Source: Antedon mediterranea (lineage: Eukaryota; Animalia; Echinodermata). Taken from it: DNA of 64,000 bases. Below, one piece after another: positions 1-11,017 of this stretch (position 1 is its first letter; each line of letters opens with the position of its first letter). The translations under genes were made by a program, and so were the position numbers. The notes under the pieces are model-generated. The model ran no database searches and was not told where the DNA came from. It saw nothing but the letters and a program-made list of their open reading frames with translations. The DNA lies in the NCBI RefSeq assembly GCF_964355755.1, contig NC_092674.1, forward strand, positions 30,380,001-30,444,000, written 5' to 3'.

Positions 1-2
1 TT

Positions 3-161
3 ATCAGGAGAAATATAAAGTTCCTAAGGAAAACAAACGAAATATTCAGACAAAAAACACCAGAAATTGACTTTGATGAGCCAGAAGAACAACAATGCAT
101 CATAGACACAATGGAAACAGAGCTAACGAAACTGCAAGGACAAGATCAGGAAGAGCAGTAA
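3..161 (+). mobile_element. 3' end of an ORF entering from the left edge; possible Ty3/gypsy Pol (integrase C-terminus) remnant
   Basis: Frame 3 reads IRRNIKFLRKTNEIFRQKTPEIDFDEPEEQQ...EEQ*. IRRNxxxLR followed by an acidic tail resembles the RRNRRHLR motif at the end of K02A2.6-type gypsy Pol proteins. A purine tract (GGGGTAGGGATAA, ~457-469) followed by TGT could be a PPT/LTR start. Confidence 0.35.
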
Positions 162-1849
162 ACAAGCCACAATATTTAAAAGACTATGTCACATATGTGG
201 TATAACCCATGACATTGAACTAAAGACTATGATTGAGATTTATCACATAATGTACAGTGCATGAAACCAGTAAGGTTGCAATCAGAAAGACATTTAAACA
301 ACTAATTTCATTCTCTTTTCTTACAAACAAGTTTACTTATTCAGCTATCACTATCAGGCATTTAAGCAAAATACAATTATCAGATGTACGAGACACTTCA
401 TTAACACTACTGTTCATAATCCACAGGCTTAACGTTTTATGTTACAATATTTTGTTGGGGTAGGGATAATGTCAACAGCCCAGTAATTAAAACACTAACC
501 AATTTAATCTTGGTATCATTGTGTAGCATTATTTTATGTTTTGAAATCATATACAATAAATTCGGACAATTATTAAAGGTCAAAAGACATTGAACTTTTG
601 CACAAATGCACATTTTATCTCATAATATAGATACATTTCAATGTCACATCTCCAAATTTTGATATAAATTGATTTAAATAATAAATAAATAAATATATGA
701 TTTAAATTATGTTTTACTTATGTACCTACTAACATATGTAATAATAAAATGAAAATGAAAACAATTTACATCATGTACCATTACCACTTTTGTTTATTTA
801 TAAAATGTTAAATGTTATATTTCACCTAAGCAGGTAATACCTATATAATATTGCTGTTTTATTTGAACATAACTTAAGAAGCTCAGAAATATATCACAGA
901 GCCTTTTTGTTCAGTGTATTGATGAGCATCTTATGTTCATATAAAGTTTGCGATACACCATGTATTATTAGTTCTGAAAAGAACTGTTTTTCTACATTTC
1001 GATCAATATACTATGATCGAATGCAGAACGTCCAGGAAACTGGGAATATACATTGGTGAAATTGGGTGGGAGTATAAGCTTGAAAATGATGAGTCTGTCT
1101 GGTAACAAATGCAATTCACAAAGAAGGTGTGATGTTTAACTACTTTTTCTATTTGAATTGCAAATAGTGCGTTTAATAAATACTCAGAATAAATACTCAG
1201 TGTAAAACACTGTAACAACGCTATAATGGAAATTAAGCCAACAGTAAAGCTACCACTGGCTGGCATTATGCCAACACAACACAGTCAGATTCATTGATGA
1301 CTGGAGTGGAAAATTCCTTTTTAGCTAATAAACATTATTTAGCATGATATCAAATCAAATGCTGATTGGTTGATTCTATGTTATAAATTAATTACGAGGT
1401 AATAATCATGTGTTCCTTCAGTGTGCTCCACTAGATCATTTTAGAGTGACAGATTACAGCTGATCATTCACACCAAAACTCTGCTGAGATCTCCGGAGAC
1501 ACCCAGAGTTTGTGACCATTCAAAACGTCGAGAAACTCCAGAGATACCCCATTAACACCATCCTAGCAACACCAGTGTTTTTAAAAATAAAATTGTAAAT
1601 ACCACCCTCTATTTTTTTAATTTACATAGTGACGATCATTAGAGTCATTTTAATTGATAATATTTTTAATTTAATAATTATTTTCAAAAGTCTCAGAAGT
1701 TATATGTTTTATTTAAATACTATTTATTATTTTTTAGACCGCTATAGTATATATTTTTTACAAATTAAAGTATTTTGAAATAAAACTAAAGAAATGATTG
1801 ATCGTGTGAGGATGACCTTTTGACCTAAAAACTCTGGAGTTTGATGTTG

Positions 1850-2025
1850 GTACCTTTCACATCAAAACACCGGTGTATCTCCGCAGTTCGCCTTCCGGAG
1901 AACATTCAGCTGTTCAAACCCGCTGTTTTTAATTCTGGAGTTTTTTATTTTACCTTTAACACCAAAACATCGGGGCGTCAACTCCGGAGTGTCTCCAGAT
2001 TTTTTTCTTTTGTGTGAAAGGGGTA
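1850..2025. mobile_element. PIF/Harbinger-like MITE, family B (degenerate copy, inverted relative to 3004-3155)
   Basis: Ends are ACCTTTCACATCAAAA and TGTGTGAAAGGGGT. The internal GGGGCGTCAACTCCGGAGTGTCTCC matches the reverse complement of the 3004-3155 copy. A further relic lies at ~1465-1580. Confidence 0.65.
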
Positions 2026-2362
2026 TTGGTTTCACATATATGCTCAACGGTGAATGTGAACCTACCTATTAGCTCGAAAATAATCAATAATTTAATATCT
2101 GAGCAATAAATTTCATTAAGACATATTTTCAGACTAAACAAACTTTCTCAATGAACACATTTCTTTACATGTACAATGATGACATTCAAAATACATATTT
2201 CTCAAAAAACTGTAATAAACTGACAAATTTCTTAAAAATTAAAAAAATTTGAAATTATTTGTGTGTTTAAAATATTTGAATTATCAACATTAAAATAATC
2301 AAAGGCTAAATTACAACAATAATGAGATTATGTATTGTTTGAAGGTTTGCATGGCGAAATCA

Positions 2363-2540
2363 AATGTTGATATAAAGTTTATGGTACACCACGTGTATTA
2401 GTTATGAAAAGAACTGTTGAGTTTCTCGATGTTTCGATCAATGACGATCAAAGCATATTGATCGAAACGTCGAGAAACTCAACAGTTCTTTTCATAACTA
2501 ATACACGTGGTGTACCATAAACTTTACCGTATATCAACAA
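2363..2540. repeat. Near-perfect ~80-bp-arm palindrome, probably an inverted Penelope-like pLTR fragment
   Basis: AAGTTTTATGGTACACCACGTGTATTAGTTATGAAAAGAACTGTTGAGTTTCTCGATGTTTCGATCAAT is mirrored after a ~14-nt loop. A degenerate single arm lies at ~940-1030. Confidence 0.75.
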
Positions 2541-2736
2541 ATGAGATTATGCATAATCTTGGCACTTTGCCATAATAGGTGTAACAGTCACAAGACAATG
2601 AGACAATTGGGTGAATGGAGCGGAAATGTCCATTCATAACATTCTAGAATAGCAAATACTGCACAGTCAATGAAATTTGTTCACTGAGAAAGACATATTT
2701 TTCAACACAACAAAATTATCAGATAACAAGAACAAT

Positions 2737-4555
2737 ATGACAAGATGTAAAGGTAAGAATTAATTGTTATTATATTTAGTTTATTCGAAATATAATTTTC
2801 TTCTATATTCTAGATAAATTTATAAATTTAAATTGAAGAATTATATTAAGGTGAAGTTTCAACTTTAAAGTTATTAGTTTTGGATCTCTCACACACAAAC
2901 TTTATGCAATATAAGTTATGTTCAGACTGCCTTATGTCTGAGGTAAAGTTACGTCAGACATGCAACATTACTTTTGATGAGTGTCCACATGATGCTTAAT
3001 AATACCCCTTTCACACCAAAAGCAAAACTCCGGAGACACCCCGGAGTTGACGCCCCACTGTTTGGTGTGAAAGGTAAAATCAAGCAACTTTAAAACTGAG
3101 AGCGAACCGGAGAGCGAACTGCGGGGACACCCCGGTGTTTTGGTGTGAAAGGGGTATAATACAAGGAGCACATTGTCTGTAGTAAGGTTGAAGTAACTTA
3201 ATACAAACAAACCCTTCAGAGCTTACTGACTGATATTTTGTCAATAACTATAGTTTATTTATTTATATGTTTTGTTATTATCATGGATTTTTGAAACTAT
3301 ACTGCATTGCAACATAAATTGGTGTGTTTAAATATATACAAAATTTGTTTTAAAAAGAATGTATAAAAAGTGTGGTCTAGATAACTGTTTTGTTTTAGTA
3401 AATAAAACTGTATTTATTCAATGACATATAAATAGTAGTACAAAAGTATACAAACAATAAGACATAATAAAAACATTTCATTTAAGATAGATTGCAAATA
3501 ATATTACTTTTAGATAATAATAGTGTAAATAAAAACAAAAACAATCTTTATACAGCATAAAAATCAGGTACTATGAACTACCATATTGCAATAAACGTTT
3601 CAAATTGTGAAAAATATTTGTTCAGTGGGGAATATCTTTACATTATTTTGCAGAAATATTGCTTGGAAGTCTAATATGCGTTGGCCTACTTATGCTTACA
3701 TCAAAAGACCAAGTGGATGCCAAACAGATTTTAGATGTTCCAAAAGGCGATTCAATTACCTTACCGGCCTTATTAGAAAACGCAAATATAAATGGAGTAT
3801 GGCAATTGAATGGTCAGAACGTAACATGTGACCCAAACATGCTGGTAACTTACGACAGAGTACTTAGTAAATCCGAGCTATACATAGAACATGGTGAATA
3901 CAATCATAGCGGCCAGTACAGCTTCATTGTAAATGGTGACATCTATAAAAGTTATAGAGTAAACATCATTGGACAAATAACTAAAAAGCCCGAATTAGAA
4001 GTGCGAGAAATAAGTAGTAATGAGGTGATTTGGCAATGCATTACGGACAACGTACATCCACATCCAAATTTCTACATAGATGAAGAGCCAGTACAAATCT
4101 TGTTCATAAATGACACCAACATTTGGGTTGAACACACCACAACAGTTAAAAAAAGTGTCACTTGCTGTGTGCAATTGGAGCGTAACTACAAAGAATGTTC
4201 AACGAAAGGCTTTAAAAAACCGGAAATGACCTCAACCATCGATCACAGAGACAGTGACCTCTTGACAAACCTGAAGAGCCCTACTACTACTGATCAGAAT
4301 ACTGCAACGACTAGACCGTTCTGGACAAACCCACTCACAGATTACAAAGATACCACTACTCAAGCCTTGATAGTTATTTTGATAGTCCTGGTTTCACTAA
4401 TACTAATATTAATTATAATGCTTTTTCAAAAAGTAAACAATTACTTTAAAACCAAAATGTATGACAAAGTACCAACTTATGAAACAGTGGCAATCGAAAT
4501 GACAACTATCCCAAACCCTGAACCTGATGTAACTAGTGTGACATTAAGGGAGTAA
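2737..4555 (+). CDS. Ig-superfamily type I membrane receptor, copy 1 (exons 2737-2752 and 3654-4555), antisense within a WDR19 intron
   Basis: ATG ACA AGA TGT AAA G|gtaag joins cag|AA ATA TTG in frame, giving the signal peptide MTRCKEILLGSLICVGLLMLTS. D1 has G-x-S-I-T-L, W-x-x-N-G, L-x-I and H-S-G-x-Y. D2 has W-Q-C, H-P-x-P and V-T-C. A Thr-rich stalk, TM ALIVILIVLVSLILILIIMLF and tail with YDKV and YETV follow. AATAAA at ~4566. Confidence 0.85.
3004..3155. mobile_element. PIF/Harbinger-like MITE, family B, in the intron of Ig gene copy 1
   Basis: Perfect TIR ACCCCTTTCACACCAAAA...TTTTGGTGTGAAAGGGGT; not seen in the paralogous intron of copy 2. Confidence 0.75.
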
Positions 4556-5559
4556 ACAAATTAAGAATAAATTGTTTTAACACTCAAAACTATTTCAACT
4601 CATAAAAATGTGTAAAAAATCTCTTAAGGAAACCGTTACTTCTTTCTATAGCTTCTGTTACTGTGACCCATGAAACAAGGAGAAAAAATTAGTCTAAACA
4701 GATATTGTGGAAAATTATCATGTTACTTGATACTGTACTTATGAATACGTATGTAAAAGAAAAAAAGTTTATATCTATCCATTTACTTAACTTGTTAATT
4801 GAAAAAGTGTTTTTTTTTTAACTGTAATTGGTGAAAGCCTATCTTAGTTATGTTTATTTTAAAATTAATTTAAATACATTTAGTAGTAAAATAGATAATA
4901 TAGAATGTTCTGTATAAAGAATGTTATAATATAGAGTGTTATTCAATAACAAATAATATAAAACTAGGTACCATTATATTCAAATATTGAACAAGTGTTT
5001 TTTACAACAATATATTACATAACTAAGTATGTACATTAGGTAACATTTTAATTTTAGATATTTAATATAGGTAGTAACTACTAAGTATTTCTTACAGATA
5101 TTTACATATGTACACACATGTAAACATGTAAACTAATATTTAAGTAATAAATTAGGAGATAGGATGCTTCTCAATAACAAAAAATATATGGTAACAAACA
5201 ACATTATATTTTAATATTGAAAAAGTATTTCTTATGTGTATATTAATGTAAGTTAAGCATGAACATTAGGTTAACTAATATTTATTTTATATTTAATAAG
5301 ATAGGGTGCTTGTCAATAAGAAAAAAATATTATATAGGGACATTATAAAGCTAATATTTAATAATCTATTCTTAGGAAAGAAAATGTATTTAATAATATT
5401 GTAGAAGTGTCATATTTAAATAAATATTTATTTTGTACATTAAGGTAACTATTCTTCAGGAAAATTGTTCTTAAATCTAATATATTATTTGTTTTAAGTA
5501 TACAGTATCTTATAATTAAGGAAATAAAATGTTTTATTGATTTTATTATTATTAAGAGA

Positions 5560-5675
5560 ATATTGTATTTTAATTGTATGTTCTAGCACAGAATATTGTA
5601 TTTTAATTGTATGGTCTAGAACAGAATATTGTATGGTCTAGCACAGAATATTGTATGGTGTAGTGCAGAATATTT
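5560..5675. repeat. Short tandem repeat (TTGTATGGTCTAGCACAGAATA-like) downstream of Ig copy 1; paralog at 11435-11590
   Basis: About four imperfect units of 22-33 bp; the same array occurs at the equivalent position after copy 2. Confidence 0.8.
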
Positions 5676-6624
5676 CATTGATAATATATTAATAAACACT
5701 AGAATTACAAATTCAAATTGTTCAGTTATTTTTGTCAGGGCTTTTGACTTTGAAGTTTGAATGTTATTATGTTGCGACCCTTTATAAGGTTTGTTCTAGC
5801 ATACTCTATGTCAATATGTAGTCAATGGGTTGAATATTGTTGAACGGGTTCAATATTGTGGAACAGGTTAAACAGAATGAATAGCCACGTTCACATAAGA
5901 TTTTATCATGCTTTCGTATCCTGATATTGAATATCACGTTAACAGGAAAAGCGTTCACATAGAATTCAACATCGTGATAAGTATGCTAATGAGGTGCACT
6001 GCACTATTTTTGTTTCTACGGAGCGCCAAAAGAGCAACGATAATAAAGGACTAAAACTCAGAGGAATGCGTCAATTTCTCATGCATTTATTGGTGAAAAA
6101 CACGTTTAATTTCAATATATTTGTTAATTTGTCAATACAAATGCTGTAATATGTTACTGCTCTGTTTTCAAAGAATAATAATCGATCCTAAATCAGCATC
6201 ACTACCTAGCCTAGACCTACAGTAGGAATCCTACTAAGGATATTATGATGAATTGTTCTATTTTATTCTTTAAAAGGTTAACGAAACCGTGTACAGTATC
6301 AACAGTAACATTTTTCGTTAAGCTCTGTCTACACTATAAAACTTTATGTTACAAAAAATGTGATATGCCCATATAATATGGACATGATGTTGTCATGTCA
6401 GTACCATATTTGGGTATACCAACGTGATTGGTTGAAACTGCGTCACATGACTACAGCTGCGAGGATCGTAAATCGTATATATCCTCGAGAACGATGATAT
6501 TGACTGAGTAATTTTCACGTAATTATCGTGTCCCCTGTCATTAATCATATAAATTCTCGAGTTCGATGATATTGACTGTGTAATTTTCGTGTGCAACACT
6601 CGCGTTTGCCGATAAATAAACAAA

Positions 6625-6705
6625 AGTCATCTACTGGATCTTGAACTCGGGATGGAATTGTCACTCCATCATAAGACAACGCTTCAACCGCTGCGCCACG
6701 GAACT
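6625..6705 (-). mobile_element. tRNA-derived SINE head
   Basis: The reverse strand reads CGTGGCGCAGCGGTT (box A) ... GAGTTCAAGATCC (box B-like); no complete cloverleaf. Confidence 0.45.
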
Positions 6706-7131
6706 TGCTTGAAGAAATTAATCTTTTAAACTATTTAAGCTATGCATACATAGCGCCCTCATTTGTTATTAGTCCTCCCTAAATGTGATGAAACACCGTT
6801 TGTGATTGGTCAATACTCACGGTAGTAACCTAGTACGCGCTGAACATCCAGCGATTCGGCTCCTCGAAGAGAAGAAGACGAATTGTTTATTCGGTCTACC
6901 TGATTATAATATTATTATTAATAGGCCTATTGATGGAAATTCTTCTGTTAATTTAAACGACCTAGGCCTAAGTGAATATTTTATTGCCAAGGAATCATTA
7001 ATTAGTAATTATCTGTATATTATTCTTCGCAAGGTAAGGTGTCTAGGCAGGCTTGTTTACATACAATACAAATACTATAGGAGGCCTAGCCTAGCTTCAC
7101 CCAACCCAGCAGACTTGTTCTTGGCTATATA

Positions 7132-7328
7132 ATATAACAGATATCGTCTTCTATATCGGTAAAATATAAGATTTGACATCCCCTCCGGATGATATTATGT
7201 TCTCGGGGAATTATATATATCCCTCAGCTGCCGCTTCGGGATATGTATATTCCCTCGAACATAATATCATTCCCTCGGGGATGTCAAATCTTATATTTCA
7301 CCTCTAAGCAGGCAATATCTGTATAATA
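7132..7328. mobile_element. Foldback/hairpin MITE
   Basis: AAATATAAGATTTGACATCCCC...GGGGATGTCAAATCTTATATTT, with further paired internal segments; a fragment of one arm occurs at ~815-850. Confidence 0.7.
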
Positions 7329-7419
7329 TCACTACTAGCTAGCTGTACACAGGGCATAGTTGTTTGCTTGACTTAACAGGGTATTTCCCTACTACTACAC
7401 AGCAAGCTATGGTAACTAG

Positions 7420-8170
7420 TTTGGCACTCTGCCAAATTCAACATCAGTGACAGAATCCCCAAAGAATGGAAAATTCCATTGAAAAATCATTCTAGTCAAC
7501 AATTCGAGAATATTTGATGAATTGAAACTGCGCAATGAATTTCTATCCATTGATAGAACATTCTAGTCAACAATTTGAGAATATTCAATGAATTAAAACT
7601 GCGCAATGAATTTCATTGTAATGAAGATGTAGCTTGGTGGTTAACATGCTTGCTTTTTCCACCCAAAGTCCAGAGTTCAATGATCCTGACCTGGTGTCAT
7701 GGCTGTAACTCCCTAAACCTCAAATAAAACTTTATTATAAATTATAAAATAGCTACAGTAATCCATCCTCTAATTGGTGACTTGCTTGCTGTTGGATATT
7801 TAAGAAATGTTGAAAAAATAACTAAATAACAATTGTTTTGAAGACGTAATAATAAAACAAAAATCAGAAAATTGAAATAATTTGTTATGAATTTTAAATT
7901 AAAATTTATAATTTTTCAGACTAAAATATAAAAAATGAGAAACATTAGTATTATTAGTATTATTGAATATTAATAATAAAAATACAAACTCAGATGACAT
8001 TTTGAGTTTATCTACATAGCAATAATAAGCTAACAACAAACTTGACACTCTGCCAAAACACTCACGAGATATCTATGAATGGAGAGTGGAAAGTTCCATT
8101 GATAGAACATTCTAGCCAATGAACGAGAATATTCGATGAATTAAAACTACGCAATGGAATTCATTGTAAT
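7420..8170 (+). promoter_or_regulatory. Repeated upstream module of Ig copy 2 with kappaB-like, HSE-like and C/EBP-like motifs
   Basis: GGAAAATTCC 7468-7477, GGAAAGTTCC 8088-8097, GAACATTC 8105-8112, GAATATTC 8127-8134, and CGCAAT motifs. Homologous modules occur at ~1255-1325 (GGAAAATTCC 1308-1317) and ~2560-2680 (GGAAATGTCC 2622-2631, TTCTAGAA 2642-2649). Confidence 0.5.
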
Positions 8171-8233
8171 AAAGTGTGTTCATGGAGACAAACGTATATT
8201 TCAACACCTTTATCAGATGATAACAAGAACAAT

Positions 8234-10223
8234 ATGACAAGATATAAAGGTAATAATTATTTTTGTCATAGAAAGTTGAACTCAAATGTAATTTTCTTCT
8301 ATATTCTCAATAAATTTATAAATTTTAATTGAAGAATTGAAGATATACAGTAGTTTATATTTTATTTATTATTTATATTATTATATTACATTAGTGTTAT
8401 TATAGTATACGGCACAACTATATTGTATACTGCAGTGCAACATAAATTGGTTTTTGACTAATAAAGTAATATAATAGTAAAATATACAAAATTTGTTTGA
8501 AAAATGCATGTTTATACGGTCCATGACGGCTTGTGAATAGTGCATAAAACTGCATTGCCTTCAATGACAAATAAATATCAATAAAAAAATAGATTAAAAA
8601 AAGTAAACAATACATAATAACCTTTCATATAACGCTTTCAACATGTAGCATTAGTCCCACTTATGTGCTCAATATTTGTGTGCGAAAAAAAATGTGATTT
8701 TAATAAATTGAATTTATAAATTTTTTTTTGGTGTGTGGTGGGTCTACGGTTGGGAGTGAAAAAAAAGCTAAAATGCATATTAATGACGTCATGTGACCAT
8801 TACAGCTATTTTGGAATTCCTGTTTTTGTCAATTCAATGATAAAAACTATTTTTCTATAAGAAATTCTTATGGAATATGGGTTTCCCTCTGGATATATAA
8901 AAAAAAATTATTTTTATATAATAAAAAATTACGCATAAATCAAAGTTTTGGGTCAAAATCTTAGAATGACATTTTCCAAAAAAAAAATGGGTCACAGCAA
9001 AATTATTACTTCAGATTTTTTGTTTGCGTATTACAATGAACATAATATTGCTCTATTGGGGTGGTAACATTTGGTAACTGGGGGATGTTTTTGCACCATT
9101 ATAGATAATGATACAACTTTCCAAGGTGATAAATAATAGTTTTTCCCATACCTGATAATACCGGGTATGCAGTTCAATGATATTTGTTGATACCCGGTAG
9201 TACCGGTTATACAGCATAAAAGTCAAGTACAGTAATTAACTACCGTATTATGTCACCAATAAGCGTTCAATATTTAAAAAATTATTTTTTCAGTGGGGAC
9301 AATATATCTTCTTTTTTTCAGCAATATTGGTTCTGACTCTAATATGCATTGGCCTACTGATGCTTACATCAAAAGACCAAGTGGATGCCAAAAAGATTTT
9401 AGATGTCCCAAAAGGCGATTCAATTACCTTATCAGCCATATTAGAAAACGCAAATATAAATGGAGTATGGCAATTGAATGGTCAGAACGTGACATGTGAC
9501 CCAAACATCATAGTAACTTACGACAGAGTACTTAGTAAATCCGAGCTATACATAGAACATGGTGAATACAATCATAGCGGCCAGTACAGCTTCATTGTAA
9601 ATGGTGACATCTATAAAAGTTATACAGTAAACATCATTGGACAAATAACTAAAAAGCCCGAATTAGAAGTGCAAAAAATAAGTAGTAATGAGGTGATTTG
9701 GCAATGCATTACGGACAATGTAAATCCACGTCCAAATTTCTACATAGATAAAGAGTCAGTAAAAAACGTAACCATGAATAACACCAAAATTTGGGTTGAA
9801 CACACCACAACAGTTAAAAAAAGTGTCACTTGCTGTGTGGAGTTGGAGCGGAACTACAAAGAATGTTCAACGAAAAGCTTTGAAAAACCGGAAATGACCC
9901 CAACTATCGATCACAGAGAGAGTGACCTCTTGACAAACCTGAAGAGCCCTACTACTACTGATCAGAATACTGCAACGACTAGACCGTTCTGGACAAACCC
10001 ACTCACAGATTACAAAGATACCACTACTCAAGCCTTGATAGTTATTTTGATAGTCCTGGTTTCACTAATACTAATATTAATTATAATGCTTTTTCAAAAA
10101 GTAAACAATTACTTTAAAACCAAAATGTATGACAAAGTACCAACTTATGAAACAGTGGCAATCGAAATGACGACTATCCCAAACCCTGAACCTGATGTAA
10201 CTAGTGTGACATTAAGGGAGTAA
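8234..10223 (+). CDS. Ig-superfamily type I membrane receptor, copy 2 (exons 8234-8249 and 9322-10223), antisense within a WDR19 intron
   Basis: ATG ACA AGA TAT AAA G|gtaat joins cag|CA ATA TTG, giving MTRYKAILVLTLICIGLLMLTS. Architecture matches copy 1 and the last ~100 aa are identical. Confidence 0.85.
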
Positions 10224-10872
10224 ACAAATTAAGAATAAATTGTTTTAACACTCAAAACTATTTCAACTCATAAAAATGTGTAAAAAATCTTTTAAGGAAA
10301 CCCTTACTTCTTTCTATAGCTTCTGTTACTGTGACCCATGAAACAAGGAGAAAAAATTAGTCTAAACAGATACTGTGGAAAATTATCATGTTTCTTGATA
10401 CTGTACTTATGAATACTATGTAAAAGAAAACAAAAAGTTTATATCTATCAATTTACTTCATTTGTTAATTGTTTTGTAACTGCAATTGATGAAAGCCTAT
10501 CTTATTATGCCTATATTATAATGTTTGTTAAACTCAATTTGAATACATTTAGTAGTAAAGTAGATAATATAGAATGTTCTGTATCAAGAATGTTATAATA
10601 TAGAGTGTTATTCAATAACAAATAATATAAAACTAGGTACCATTATATTCAAATATTGAACAAGTGTTTTTTACAACAATGTATTTATATAACTATGTAC
10701 ATTAGGTAACATATTTCATTTTAGATATTTAATATAGGTACTAACATCTAAGTATTTCTTACAGAAATAATTTATGTTTATGGCATTTACACACATTTAA
10801 ACATGTAAACTAATATTTATTTTAAGTAATAATTAAAAGAGATATAATGCTTCTCAATAACAAATAATATAA

Positions 10873-11017
10873 AGCCTTGTCTACACTATCAAACTTTATG
10901 TGTCAAAAAAATGTGGTGTGTACAAATATGGATATGATGATATTTAAGCAAAGCACTACCATATATGGCCACATCAAACTTTTTTGACAAATAAAGTTTG
11001 ATAGTGTAGACAAGGCT
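10873..11017. mobile_element. PIF/Harbinger (Tourist-like) MITE, family A
   Basis: TIR AGCCTTGTCTACACTATCAAAC...GTTTGATAGTGTAGACAAGGCT, flanked by a TAA direct repeat; the paralogous site near 5190 is empty. Confidence 0.85.

Noticed and set aside
3659-3661. TTG start codons for the two 298-aa ORFs (also 9327)
   Set aside because: Both are preceded by a canonical acceptor and an upstream ATG exon that joins in frame, so a non-AUG start is unnecessary.
4455-4490. Canonical ITIM/ITSM/ITAM in the Ig receptor tail
   Set aside because: The -2 residues are K and P and the Tyr spacing is too short for an ITAM; reported only as tandem YxxV.
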